A stretch of DNA of 57,711 nt from NCBI GenBank assembly GCA_015233675.1, contig JADFXH010000012.1, forward strand, positions 1 through 57,711, written 5' to 3'. Below, piece after piece: positions 36,004-46,443 of the stretch (its first letter is position 1; each line of letters opens with the position of its first letter). The position numbers were made by a program, and so were the translations under genes. A model generated the notes under the pieces. It searched no databases, was not told the origin of the DNA, and was given only the letters and a program-made list of their open reading frames with translations. The DNA is from Candidatus Omnitrophota bacterium. GTDB lineage: Bacteria > Omnitrophota > Gorgyraeia > Zapsychrales > Fredricksoniimonadaceae.

Positions 36004-36495
36004 ATGAGAAAACTGGCTTTGATTACAGCTATTTTATTTTTAACGGGGCATGTTCAGGGGATAGCTCAGGACCAGCCAAAGGGGCAAACGCCTTCCGGCG
36101 TTCAGTCGGCTGATTTTGGCGATTTTTCATCCAGCACCCTGACCACGAAAGCCTGGGGAGCATTGGCTGGCAATGATGTCAAGATGGTAGAAATTTATGT
36201 CAATAAAACTGTAGAGATGTATGGGGCCAAGGCCAAAGAGATGCAGGCCTCATTAAAGGAATATCCGTATGAATCAAAAGAAAAAATTCACAGTTTTTGG
36301 GCTTTGAACGATGTGGGAACCAGTCTTTATATTTTGGGTTTGGCCTATCAGAACGCCGGCCGCAAAGACGATGCCCGCAAGGCGTACAAGCAAGTGGTAG
36401 ATGAGTATCTCTATGCTCAATGCTGGGATATCAAGGGTTGGTTCTGGAAACCAGCGGAAGCGGCACAACAGAAGCTGGCGGCATTGGACTCTTAA
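36004..36495 (+). CDS. Secreted helical (TPR-like) protein
   Basis: Signal peptide; LTTKAWGAL, WALNDVGT, QCWDIKGWFWKPAEAA. Confidence 0.7.
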   Translation: MRKLALITAILFLTGHVQGIAQDQPKGQTPSGVQSADFGDFSSSTLTTKAWGALAGNDVKMVEIYVNKTVEMYGAKAKEMQASLKEYPYESKEKIHSFWALNDVGTSLYILGLAYQNAGRKDDARKAYKQVVDEYLYAQCWDIKGWFWKPAEAAQQKLAALDS

Positions 36496-36525
36496 AGCGT
36501 CATCGGATTTGTTCCGCAAACTCGG

Positions 36526-37560
36526 ATGGGAAAAATGACTATACATGAAATGGCAAAAAAAACAGGTGTTTCGATTGCTACGATATCACGGGCGATTAAT
36601 CCGCATACCAGAGAAAAAGTGGCGGCAGATACTTTGTTAAAAATCGATCAGGCTCTTAAGAAATATTCGTATACGCCTAATTTAGCTGCCAGAAATTTAC
36701 GGCAATCTTCCACCCAAACGATCGGAGTGGTTATACCGTTTTACAGGGATATTTTTTATAGCGCGTATTACATGCATTTTTTATCAGGGGTTTCTAATAC
36801 GCTAGAGGGTTCCGGCTATCAGTTTAAATTATTAACGTTGGGGCAAGAACAGAAATGGGACCATTATGATTTTCGGTCGGGCGAACAGGTGGACGGGCTA
36901 ATTGTTAGCCTTTGGTTCAGGTATTTTTCCAACAGGCGAGTATTGGAAAAAATTAAAGTTCCCACCGTTGTAATTGATGATTTTGAAGAGGATGTGAAGA
37001 CGATGTTTATAGGCGGTGACCATGTCCTTGGAGGCAGGATCGCGGCGGAACATTTATATTCCCACGGACATCGCAGGGTTGCTATTATTACAGGTCCTTC
37101 ATGGTCCAGAGATTGCCAGCAGAGAGTTAAGGGGTTTCAGGCATTTTGGGAACAACATGGCGAGACGCTTAATCAAGACCTTGTGGTTGGTGCCGATTAT
37201 TTGCAAGATAAGGCGCATGAAGCCTTTGATCAAATTATAAAAACCGACCCAAAAGTTACGGCCATTTTTTGTTGCACTGATATTATGGCCGCAGGGGTCC
37301 TGGAAAGGATTAAAGAATTAAATATTTCCTGCCCCCAGGACATTTCGGTGATTGGCTATGACGATGACTTTATAATTAATGCCCGTTTTCCGTATTTAAC
37401 ATCTATCCATGTGCCGGTTTATGAGATGGCCCAAAAAGCTGCCCAATATATTCTGGAACATTTAAAAAGTAAAAAGAGCAAGAAACTTTTTGCCGGCACA
37501 GAATTTCTGCCGGTACGCCTGATTGAGAGGCAAAGTGTCATGAATTTATCGTCCGTATAA
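36526..37560 (+). CDS. LacI-family transcriptional regulator
   Basis: TIHEMAKKTGVSIATISRAIN, YTPNLAARNL, CPQDISVIGYDD. Confidence 0.93.
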   Translation: MGKMTIHEMAKKTGVSIATISRAINPHTREKVAADTLLKIDQALKKYSYTPNLAARNLRQSSTQTIGVVIPFYRDIFYSAYYMHFLSGVSNTLEGSGYQFKLLTLGQEQKWDHYDFRSGEQVDGLIVSLWFRYFSNRRVLEKIKVPTVVIDDFEEDVKTMFIGGDHVLGGRIAAEHLYSHGHRRVAIITGPSWSRDCQQRVKGFQAFWEQHGETLNQDLVVGADYLQDKAHEAFDQIIKTDPKVTAIFCCTDIMAAGVLERIKELNISCPQDISVIGYDDDFIINARFPYLTSIHVPVYEMAQKAAQYILEHLKSKKSKKLFAGTEFLPVRLIERQSVMNLSSV

Positions 37561-37713
37561 TGCTAAAGAGAATGGACATACGAAGGGATTTCTTTTGTAT
37601 TTGGCAAATTTTCATGAGGATGTTATTATCTAGCGTCAATAGGACATTTAAGCTGGCGCATTTGCCTGCCGGAGCAGGCTCCCGGAGAATTTTCAAAAAA
37701 AAGGAGAGAGAAT

Positions 37714-38628
37714 ATGTTTATGATCGCAGTAGCATTATTAGTAGCAGCTCTGATTATGATTATTTCGAGGGATAAATTCAGGAATGAAAAGGAAGGTTAC
37801 GATTACTCAGGGACAGTAAGGAATTTTATTATTGGAGGAATCATTTTTGCAGGGGTTATTGGTTTTTTTAGTTTGGTAAGGACAGTCCCTGCGGGTCATG
37901 TAGGGGTAGTTGATTTATGGGGCAATGTTGAAGAGCAGGTGAGGAAGCCGGGGATAAATCTGGTGAATCCTTTTGTGAATTTAGTATTAATGGATGTTCA
38001 AACGCAGGAATTAAAAGAAACAATGCAAGTTCCTTCCAAAGAAGGATTGACAATGGATGTGGAAATTTCCATCCTTTACCGCCTTAGCCCCGATAAGGCT
38101 AGCAATATTTATAAAACGATCGGCAGGGATTATGATGAGGTGGTTGTTGTTCCTCAATTTCGTTCTGCCGTAAGAGAAGCCACCGTTTTTTATGAAGCGA
38201 AGGCCCTATATACGTCAAGCAGGGATGAAATAACAAATAAAATTTTTGCTGATTTAGAAAAAATGCTTTCTGAAAGGGGAGTTATTCTTGAGAAAGTATT
38301 GTTAAGAGCGGTTCAACTGCCGGGGACAGTTTCACAGGCAATAGAGCAAAAACTGAAAGCAGAACAGGAAAGCGAACAAATGAAGTTTGTTTTGACAAAA
38401 GAAAGCCAAGAAGCACAAAGAAAAGTTATAGAAGCCAAAGGTATCGCCGAAGCGCAGGGCATTATCAATAAAACTTTAACTCAGGCATATTTACAACACG
38501 AAGCGATTAAAGCTCAAATGATGATGGCTAATAGTTCAAATCACACAACAGTATATATCCCAAGCGGGGATAATGGGATCCCTTTAGTTAGAACGGTTAA
38601 TACAGAAAGCAATCAGACTTCCAAATAA
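37714..38628 (+). CDS. Prohibitin/SPFH domain protein
   Basis: Two TM helices, VPAGHVGVV, VPSKEGL, AIEQKLKAEQE. Confidence 0.88.
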   Translation: MFMIAVALLVAALIMIISRDKFRNEKEGYDYSGTVRNFIIGGIIFAGVIGFFSLVRTVPAGHVGVVDLWGNVEEQVRKPGINLVNPFVNLVLMDVQTQELKETMQVPSKEGLTMDVEISILYRLSPDKASNIYKTIGRDYDEVVVVPQFRSAVREATVFYEAKALYTSSRDEITNKIFADLEKMLSERGVILEKVLLRAVQLPGTVSQAIEQKLKAEQESEQMKFVLTKESQEAQRKVIEAKGIAEAQGIINKTLTQAYLQHEAIKAQMMMANSSNHTTVYIPSGDNGIPLVRTVNTESNQTSK

Positions 38629-38664
38629 AGCGGCAGGATTGATTTTTTAAGCAAAGGATGGGAC

Positions 38665-39053
38665 ATGATAAATAATCGCCAAAGCTTTCGTTTACGTAAG
38701 CAATTTTATGTTACCTGGTCTGTTCCTGTCAAAAAGATAGAGGGTGAAGGTATAATTTTTAATATCAGCCGGTCCGGAATGTTATTCGTTACGGACAAAT
38801 TGTTTGAGCCTGATCAGGGGCTGGATATGTTTTTTAGAATAGAACAGGTTCCCTCTTTTCCCTCCAAAGGTAAGTTGGTATGGTTCAGGAAGGCGGGAAG
38901 AAAGAGCAGTATCAATGCGGAGTGCAATTTTCATACGAGGATGTCCATAGACAGGCATGGATACAATGGATGGAAGATAATATTTTAAAGCTCGCAGATG
39001 CCCAGGACAGTAAGATTCTGGATCGTTTTTTGCACGATGAAGAGTCTTCGTGA
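38665..39053 (+). pseudogene. PilZ domain protein with a frameshift near 38900
   Basis: RQSFR, NISRSG, GKLVWFRK in one frame; KEQYQCGVQF...DEESS* continues in the -1 frame to 39053. Confidence 0.75.
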
Positions 39054-39066
39054 GGACTAAATAGTA

Positions 39067-40175
39067 ATGCTATTTTTGAAGAGACATCTTCCAATTTTTA
39101 TTCTCTGTTTTGTTTTTATTGCCTACCTGCCATGTCTTAAAGCAAATTTTGTAAATTGGGATGACGACGTCCATTTCCTTCAAAATCCTTTTTTAACAGC
39201 ACCCTCTGGGCCGAATTTTTTTGAGATCTGGACAGGCGCCATCAATTATACTTATATCCCTTTGACTACGACCACATGGGCTATCGAACATTATTTTTTT
39301 GGATTCAACCCGATGGTCTTCCACAGTCAGGCAATATATTTTATTTGAATATTATTGTGTTCATGGGGCTGCTTGGAACGTTATGGATTTTACGGCGAAA
39401 CCGGTTATTAATTTTTGCTTTTGCGTTTTATGTTGCGAATATTTTCTTTCTGTTGAGGCTTCACAATGTTTTGGGGCTGGTTTCTGATCGATTTATGTAT
39501 TTAGCGAGTATTGGGCTGTGTATGTTTGCTGCTGTTTTAGTTGAAAAGGCGTTTTCTTGGGCCCAAAACCGGCGTCCAATCTTATATGGGGTTACTTTAG
39601 CTTTGTTGCTGATTGTTGTAATATTGACAAGCAGGACTTGGAGTCAATGTGAGGTTTGGCAAAATAGTGTGAATTTATGGAATAATCAATTGCAATATAA
39701 TTCACGGACTTTGCCATGTTTCGCTTACTGTAAACTGGCGGATGCATATGCGGAAACTTATAAGCAGGCCGTTTCCAAGGGGCAACGATTTGACCAAATA
39801 CGGTCTCTCTATCAAAAAGCCATTGATTTAAAGCCGGATTTTGCCGGCCCTTATTATGGACTAGGAAATCTTTATGCGGACAAAAGAGATGATGTTAGTG
39901 CAGAACGCTTTTATAAAGAGGCGATTGCCCGGGATAGTAAGAATTTCGTGTCATTTTTTAGCCTTGGACAAATTTATCAACATAGAGGGAGCCCTAATAA
40001 AGCTATAAGTTTTTATCACGAGGCAATTTCAGCCCGACCAGAAAACATTAATCTATGTTTGGACATTTTGGAGCAATACAATGATGCCATTAAGGCGCAT
40101 GATAACGCGGAGATTTATCAAAAAGAGAAATCAAAAATGTCTGATTGTGAAAGGCCTGTTATCGTTAGACCTTAA
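39067..40175 (+). pseudogene. TMTC-like TPR glycosyltransferase, split and internally deleted
   Basis: NFVNWDD...YIPL...FGFNPMVFH joins in another frame to VSDRFMYL...W.NS..LW and TPRs; the usual intervening TM region appears absent. Confidence 0.7.
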
Positions 40176-40212
40176 GATGCTTCGCTTGTTACTGTTAATT
40201 GATGGTTCAAAA

Positions 40213-40241
40213 GGAACTTTATGCTGTGGAAATTTGTCTAA
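40213..40241 (+). promoter_or_regulatory. ECF (sigmaE-type) promoter
   Basis: GGAACTT (40213-40219), 17 nt spacer, TCTAA (40237-40241) directly upstream of the ECF sigma gene. Confidence 0.7.
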
Positions 40242-40254
40242 ATGACAGAAGGTA

Positions 40255-40821
40255 TTGATGGAAGATATTAACAAAGATATATTGATCAGGGCGGCTCAAG
40301 GAGATATACAGGCCTTTGAGGATGTTTATAAAGCAAGCAGTAGTTTTGTTTATAATGTTGCTTTCAGGGTCGTTAATAATAGGGAAGACGCTTTAGAGGT
40401 GTCCCAGGAAGTCTTTATGATCATCTATCACAAACTCAAAAATTTTCGTTTTGAGTCATCATTTAAAACCTGGGTTTACAGAATTACAGCCAATAGCGCT
40501 ATTAATTTTGCCAAGAAAAATGCCAGGAAAAAAACAGTGCCGTTTGAAGAATGTTTTGGTGAAGGCGCCGTTGAAAGCGAAGTCAAGGCACATATGGACC
40601 AGGAACATCAGGCCAGTCTGGTTGAAAACTTATTGGGAGAACTTAATGCTGACCAAAGGGCTTGTGTGGTCTTGCGCGATATTCAAGGGTTAAGCTATGA
40701 GGAAATTGCACAAGCGTTAAATATTAATATCAATACGGTGCGTTCAAGATTGAAAAGGGCGCGCGAGAAATTTATGAGTTTAAGAAAGAAGATGGATTAT
40801 GAAAAAGTGCGATCAATTTAA
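40255..40821 (+). CDS. ECF RNA polymerase sigma factor
   Basis: DALEVSQEVF, SSFKTWVYRITAN, LSYEEIAQAL, TVRSRLKRAR. Confidence 0.92.
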   Translation: MMEDINKDILIRAAQGDIQAFEDVYKASSSFVYNVAFRVVNNREDALEVSQEVFMIIYHKLKNFRFESSFKTWVYRITANSAINFAKKNARKKTVPFEECFGEGAVESEVKAHMDQEHQASLVENLLGELNADQRACVVLRDIQGLSYEEIAQALNININTVRSRLKRAREKFMSLRKKMDYEKVRSI

Positions 40822-41284
40822 AAGCCAGATCCTTACGGATTATATGGACAAAGAATTAAATAAAATTTCTATCGAAGAAATAGAAAGCCATTTATTGGAT
40901 TGCGGCGATTGCCGTGTTTTTTTTAAGGAAGTTAAAAATAGAACAGTATTGCCTTTTCAACAGGCAATGCGCCAGCCGGTTCCTGAGGAGCTTTGGGATT
41001 TGGTCAAGCAAAACATAGAACATTCAAATCATGCGACGGTTCATCTTGAGAATTTCATCGGAAAATTAAAAGGATTGATTACTTTTCCGAGAATGATCCC
41101 TGCTTTTGCCAGTCTTATACTAATGCTTTTAGCCGGTTCCGTAGCTCTAAACACAATTCAGACACAGCGCTACCAGGAAAAAGACCAGGGAGAATTTTTG
41201 GTTGCACTGCTGAGTTCAACAGGTTCTCAGGCGTTTTCGGACAGCAGCGATTTAAAAACGCCCATTGAGCATTATTTTCTTTAA
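40799..41284 (+). CDS. Zinc-binding anti-sigma factor
   Basis: DYMD...SHLLDCGDC (HxxxCxxC) plus one TM helix. Confidence 0.85.
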   Translation: MKKCDQFKSQILTDYMDKELNKISIEEIESHLLDCGDCRVFFKEVKNRTVLPFQQAMRQPVPEELWDLVKQNIEHSNHATVHLENFIGKLKGLITFPRMIPAFASLILMLLAGSVALNTIQTQRYQEKDQGEFLVALLSSTGSQAFSDSSDLKTPIEHYFL

Positions 41285-41301
41285 ACTATGAGGGTATTTT
41301 T

Positions 41302-41775
41302 ATGAAAAAATTAAGAAATGCACTACTGGGAATTATAGGGGTGTATGTTTTTGCGACGTTGTCTTTGGCCCAAGCTCAGGATGTCCAAGGCCCCTTCAAG
41401 GCACATTCGGGCCAAGGAATTCAGGAGCTTTACAGCAAGCTTAATTTAACAGATGCCCAAAAGCAGCAGCTGGAAACGAATAAACAGCAGCATCGGGCAA
41501 GGATGGAAAAAGCCCGCCAGGAAATGAAAACGGATAAAGAGGCGCTTCACGGGGAATTAATGAAGCCCCAGCTGGACATGGCCAGGGTCAAGGCAATTCA
41601 TAATCAAATTAAAAGCATTCAATCCGGGATGGAAGACGATAAACTAAGTTCAATTCTTACGGTCAGAGCGATTTTGACACCGGAGCAATTTTCAAACTTT
41701 GTAACCTTGATGCATAAACATAAACAAACTCATGATCAGGGATCAGCAGGCCGCCAGGAAAATGAAGCTAGATAA
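41302..41775 (+). CDS. Spy/CpxP-family periplasmic protein
   Basis: Signal peptide; LNLTDAQKQQL and ILTPEQF motifs. Confidence 0.85.
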   Translation: MKKLRNALLGIIGVYVFATLSLAQAQDVQGPFKAHSGQGIQELYSKLNLTDAQKQQLETNKQQHRARMEKARQEMKTDKEALHGELMKPQLDMARVKAIHNQIKSIQSGMEDDKLSSILTVRAILTPEQFSNFVTLMHKHKQTHDQGSAGRQENEAR

Positions 41776-41777
41776 GA

Positions 41778-42416
41778 TCAGTTTGATCTCTTGTGTTTGA
41801 TATATTCGATAATCGCAGGGATAAGAGAAATAAATACGATCGCTAGAATTACCAGAGAGAAATTTTTACGCACAAAAGGCAGGTTGCCGAAGAAAAAACC
41901 GCTTAATATCCCCACCAAAACCCACGCCGTTCCTCCGACCAGATTATAAATTATAAATTTACCATAAGGCATTTTTCCGACTCCCGCAAGAAAAGGAGCG
42001 AAGGTGCGGATGATGGGGACGAACCTGGTGATGATAATGGTTTTAGCCCCGTACTTTTCAAAAAAGTCATGTGTGCGTTTAATGTAAGCTTGTTTGACAA
42101 AAGGGATGGCGTGATTATTGGTAACCTTGTTTGACAAAAATACGCCGATCGTATAGTTAAGCATGTTTCCCCCAACGGCCGCGACAGTTAATTCCGGGAT
42201 CAATATGTTTAATCGCAGTCGTCCTAAAGCAGCCATTGCGCCTAATACAAAAAGCAGGGAGTCTCCAGGTAAGAATGGAGTGATGACCAGACCTGTTTCA
42301 CAGAAAATAATGAGAAAGAGGATCAAATAAGTCCAGGCATCATACTGGGCGCTGAGGGAAGAGATATGACTGTCTAAGTGGATAAAAAAATCTATTAAAT
42401 GATGAAGAATTTCCAT
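41778..42416 (-). CDS. dedA: DedA-family membrane protein
   Basis: IIFCETGLVITPFLPGDSLLF, RFVPIIRTFAPF; probable start ATG 42416. Confidence 0.9.
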   Translation of the reverse strand: MEILHHLIDFFIHLDSHISSLSAQYDAWTYLILFLIIFCETGLVITPFLPGDSLLFVLGAMAALGRLRLNILIPELTVAAVGGNMLNYTIGVFLSNKVTNNHAIPFVKQAYIKRTHDFFEKYGAKTIIITRFVPIIRTFAPFLAGVGKMPYGKFIIYNLVGGTAWVLVGILSGFFFGNLPFVRKNFSLVILAIVFISLIPAIIEYIKHKRSN

Positions 42417-42593
42417 GACGCAATCATAACTAATTGGGGCATGCTTTGCCATAGAAAACAATAATATTTTCGTTCGAGAGATTGCTAAAGAAAATTTCGT
42501 ATTAATTTACGCAACTTCGATGGACAGCTATTGCTTATCATGGGTTAAAATAGTACGATAAAGAGGTAATAAAATAAATGGAGAGGCGTTTAT

Positions 42594-43271
42594 ATGGGTA
42601 GATTTCTTTTTATTGTTTTTTGTTTGATTATTGCCGGTTTTTGGCTGATTTGGCATTTTAATAAAGAACATGTGTATCAGCAAATGTTGGACCGCCTTCA
42701 GGCAGAGTCTAGGGCCGCTTTGGTGATTGTGACTTCTGTTAATTATGACGAAAGGTCACACCAAAGGATAACTACCATCAAATTTGTCGAAGAAGACAGC
42801 CGGGGACATGCCTTGCCGCCTAAATATTTTACCTTTAACGGGAATTTGATCCAATTTCAATCCCTGGTGGTGCGTTTTGAGGACAAATTTGTTGCTGCAG
42901 GAGATCGTTTTAAAGGCAGGAGTGTTTATTTGTTCTGGAAAGTATTCAGGCTCGATGGCCCCCTTACCCAGGAATTTCCAATAACCCAAGTCAATGAGAT
43001 ACCCGGCGGTTATAAAATTCCCGGGAGGGCCAGTGTTTTTGAGAATAGATTCTGGAAGGACTTTTGGCGCTTTGCTTTTGATGAAAGCAAGGCCAGGAGT
43101 GCCGGCATCAAGAGTGTACAAATCGAGGCCCCGGGAGTTGTTTTTGTTCCAGGGTATTTGTACACGATCCATATTGAGCATAACGCAGGATTGCGGATAG
43201 ATGCCAAGCCCGTAGATTTGATCTTACGCGGAGAAAAGATTTTAAGCGGATTTAAAAAAGATCCCTGGTAA
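42594..43271 (+). CDS. Hypothetical protein with an N-terminal TM anchor
   Basis: 225-aa ORF with a GGAGAGG-like RBS. Confidence 0.7.
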   Translation: MGRFLFIVFCLIIAGFWLIWHFNKEHVYQQMLDRLQAESRAALVIVTSVNYDERSHQRITTIKFVEEDSRGHALPPKYFTFNGNLIQFQSLVVRFEDKFVAAGDRFKGRSVYLFWKVFRLDGPLTQEFPITQVNEIPGGYKIPGRASVFENRFWKDFWRFAFDESKARSAGIKSVQIEAPGVVFVPGYLYTIHIEHNAGLRIDAKPVDLILRGEKILSGFKKDPW

Positions 43272-43338
43272 GACGCATATTTCAAGCACATTTTTTATCG
43301 TAATTTATAGAAATTATGATACTATTCATATCAATCCT

Positions 43339-44472
43339 ATGAAAATCCACGAATACCTGGCCAGAAACTTATTTGCCGAATTCGGAATTCCCATAGCCGA
43401 AGGCGATGCGGCCCAAACGTCTGATGAAGCCCTTTTTATTGCCCATAAGATAGGCTTCCCCGTTGTTATCAAGGCCCAGGTTTTGGCCGGCGGCCGGGGC
43501 AAAGCGGGAGGGATTAAGATTGCCGGCAATGAAAAACAGCTTGTTTACGAATTTAATCGTATCAAAAATTTGAATATCAAAGGATATTGCGCCCAGCGTC
43601 TGTTGATTGTCAAGGCCATTGATATCAAAAAAGAATATTACCTGGCCGTGACCATCGACAATATTAAAGGGGACGCGGTTATTATCGCTTCTGCCGAGGG
43701 CGGGGTTGAAATTGAAGAAACAGCCAAGGCCCATCCAGATAAGATCATCAAATTTTATATGCAGGGGGATAAAATCCTTGATGAAGCGCGCTGGGGCCCG
43801 GTTGCCGTCAGGTTATTTAATGATGCGCGCCTGCAGCAGAGTGCCACTTCCATCCTGAAAAATTTACTTAAATTATTTTTTGAAAAAGATTGTTCTTTAG
43901 CGGAAATTAATCCCTTTGTTGTCAATAAAGACGGCAATTTGGTTGCCGCCGATGCCAAGGTCGTTTTTGATGATAATGCGCTCTATCGCCATCCGGAATT
44001 GATTGCCTTGCGAGACCTGAAATATGAAGATGCCGATGAGCTTGAAGCAAAGGATGAAGGGTTGAGTTTTGTGAAGCTGGAGGGCAATGTCGGCTGCATT
44101 GTCAATGGAGCGGGATTGGCGATGGGAACTATGGACACGGTTAATTTGCTTGGCGGCAGGCCGGCTAATTTTTTGGATGTGGGAGGGTCTTCCAATCCGC
44201 AAAAAGTGCTCAATGCAGTGAAGATTCTTTTGCGTAACAAAGACATTAAAGTCATTTTGATCAATATTTTCGGCGGTATTACCCGTTGTGATGATATTGC
44301 CAACGGGATTTTAACCGCTTTAAAGCAAATTGATATTCCGATCCCATTGGTCATCCGTTTGACAGGAACTAATGAAAAAGAAGCGAAAGCTCTTTTAACT
44401 CAGGCAGGTTTGACAATCTATACATCTATGCGCCAGGCTGTTACGCAAGCGGTAAAAATATCGAAAGATTGA
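43339..44472 (+). CDS. sucC: Succinyl-CoA synthetase beta subunit
   Basis: MKIHEYLA, KAQVLAGGRGKAGG, EINP, NGAGLAM, PANFLDVGG, NIFGGITRCD. Confidence 0.95.
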   Translation: MKIHEYLARNLFAEFGIPIAEGDAAQTSDEALFIAHKIGFPVVIKAQVLAGGRGKAGGIKIAGNEKQLVYEFNRIKNLNIKGYCAQRLLIVKAIDIKKEYYLAVTIDNIKGDAVIIASAEGGVEIEETAKAHPDKIIKFYMQGDKILDEARWGPVAVRLFNDARLQQSATSILKNLLKLFFEKDCSLAEINPFVVNKDGNLVAADAKVVFDDNALYRHPELIALRDLKYEDADELEAKDEGLSFVKLEGNVGCIVNGAGLAMGTMDTVNLLGGRPANFLDVGGSSNPQKVLNAVKILLRNKDIKVILINIFGGITRCDDIANGILTALKQIDIPIPLVIRLTGTNEKEAKALLTQAGLTIYTSMRQAVTQAVKISKD

Positions 44473-44475
44473 AGC

Positions 44476-45354
44476 ATGTCCATACTGATCGATCAAAATA
44501 CCAGGGTTATTGTTCAGGGAATCACCGGCCGTGACGGCTCTTTTCATGCCAAGCAGATGGCAGACTACGGCACTAAAATCGTCGGCGGAGTGACTCCCGG
44601 TAAAGGCGGTCAAGAAATCAACGGGATCCCTGTTTTGAATTCCGTCAAAGAAGCAAAGGATAAAACTAGCTGTGATGCCGCAGTCATTTATGTCCCGGCC
44701 AAATTTGCCAAAGACGCAATACTCGAAGACATTGCCAACGCCATCCCTTTGATCGTTTGCATCACCGAAGGGATCCCTGTTTTGGATATGGTAGAAGTCA
44801 AAAAAGCGTTGAGCCACAGCCAAAGCCGTTTGGTCGGGCCTAATTGTCCGGGATTGATTTCACCAGGTAAAGCTAAGATCGGTATTATGCCGGGACATAT
44901 TCATAAATCCGGCGATATAGGGGTTGTTTCTCGTTCAGGAACTTTGACTTATGAGGTGGTTTACAACCTTACTATTAATAATATGGGGCAATCTACTTGT
45001 ATCGGTTTAGGAGGCGACCCTATTATCGGCACCAGATTTGTTGATGTTCTAAAGTTATTTCAGGAAGACCCACAAACGAAAGCGATTGTAATGGTTGGAG
45101 AAATCGGCGGGGGGGATGAACAGTTGGCCGCAGAGTGTATCAAAAAGCATGTCACTAAACCTGTGGCGGCTTTTATTGCCGGACGCAGCGCCCCTTCGGG
45201 CAAGCGCATGGGGCATGCAGGGGCGATTATTTCTTCCGGCGAATCCACGGCCGACGCTAAAATGCAGATTTTGCGTGATGCGGGGGTTATTATTGTTGAT
45301 TTCCCTGATGAAATCCCTCAGGCTTTGACTGCCCGATTAAAATTAAGGGGTTGA
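44476..45354 (+). CDS. sucD: Succinyl-CoA synthetase alpha subunit
   Basis: [35 protein letters not shown]. Confidence 0.95.
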   Translation: MSILIDQNTRVIVQGITGRDGSFHAKQMADYGTKIVGGVTPGKGGQEINGIPVLNSVKEAKDKTSCDAAVIYVPAKFAKDAILEDIANAIPLIVCITEGIPVLDMVEVKKALSHSQSRLVGPNCPGLISPGKAKIGIMPGHIHKSGDIGVVSRSGTLTYEVVYNLTINNMGQSTCIGLGGDPIIGTRFVDVLKLFQEDPQTKAIVMVGEIGGGDEQLAAECIKKHVTKPVAAFIAGRSAPSGKRMGHAGAIISSGESTADAKMQILRDAGVIIVDFPDEIPQALTARLKLRG

Positions 45355-45360
45355 TATCTT

Positions 45361-46395
45361 ATGAGCAGTAATTCTTTTTCTTTATCTAAAGTCAAACATG
45401 TTATTGCGATCTCTTCTTGTAAGGGAGGAGTCGGCAAATCAACTGTTGCCGCCGCCTTGGCCTGGGAATTAGCCCAGAGGGGATTTAAGACAGGACTTTT
45501 GGATGCGGACATTTATGGCCCCTCTCTGCCGGTGCTGTTTAGACTTCAAAATCCTTTGATAGAATCCAATGAATTTAAAATGATCCTGCCCTTTGACTAT
45601 AAGGGGCTTAAACTTATGTCTTTCGGGTTTCTATTAGGAGATTCTCCAGCGGTGCTTCGCGGGCCTATTGTTGCGAGATATATTCAGCAACTATTGTTTC
45701 AAACGGATTGGGGAGAGCTCGATTATTTGATTCTCGATATGCCGCCAGGGACAGGGGATGTTCAATTAACCATAACCCAATCGATTAAATTAACAGGGGC
45801 AGTGATCGTATCAACACACCACAGCCTTTCCCTGGTGGATACCGCTCGCGGCATCCTGATGTTTGAAAAAGTCAAGGTGCCGATCTTAGGAGTGATTGAA
45901 AATATGGCGTATTTTTTAGCGCCTGATACAGGGAAAAAATATTATATTTTTGGGGAACAAAAAGCAGGGGCTATCTCCAAACGATTTGGGGTCAAGACTT
46001 TGGCCGAGATCCCCATCCAGCAGGAGCTTTCAGGGGACATGAGTGTTTACAAAGCCAATCCCTGCATTCAAAAGGCCGTTAATGAGTTGCTGCAAGCCGT
46101 TGAAGAAATGCAGTTGTCTCAATCAGATTTGAAAAATTCCGGCTATAGGGATGGCCATGTGGTATTGACTTTTAGCAACGGACGAGAAATATCAGCAAAA
46201 GCTTTTGACCTTCGGGCTAATTGCCGTTGTGCTTCATGTGTATCAGAGCTGACAGGACAGAGGTTAGCGGACATCAAGAAAATCCCGGAAGATGTCAAAC
46301 CTGAAGAAATTCTGACTTTGGGGAATTATGCCGTTGGTATAACCTGGAGCGATGGCCACGCCTCAGGTATTTATCCTTATAGCATGTTTAGTTAA
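45361..46395 (+). CDS. mrp: Mrp/NBP35 Fe-S carrier ATPase with a C-terminal DUF971-like domain
   Basis: SCKGGVGKST, DADIYGPS, DMPPGTGD, GVIENM; LRANCRCASC...GNYAVGITWSDGH. Confidence 0.88.
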   Translation: MSSNSFSLSKVKHVIAISSCKGGVGKSTVAAALAWELAQRGFKTGLLDADIYGPSLPVLFRLQNPLIESNEFKMILPFDYKGLKLMSFGFLLGDSPAVLRGPIVARYIQQLLFQTDWGELDYLILDMPPGTGDVQLTITQSIKLTGAVIVSTHHSLSLVDTARGILMFEKVKVPILGVIENMAYFLAPDTGKKYYIFGEQKAGAISKRFGVKTLAEIPIQQELSGDMSVYKANPCIQKAVNELLQAVEEMQLSQSDLKNSGYRDGHVVLTFSNGREISAKAFDLRANCRCASCVSELTGQRLADIKKIPEDVKPEEILTLGNYAVGITWSDGHASGIYPYSMFS

Positions 46396-46401
46396 TTATT
46401 A

Positions 46402-46437
46402 GAGGGCAAAGAATCTTAAGATCCTTTGCCCTTCTTT
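46402..46437 (+). terminator. Intrinsic terminator-like hairpin after mrp
   Basis: gagggcaaag/ctttgccctt stem followed by cttt. Confidence 0.55.
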
Positions 46438-46443
46438 GATGAT

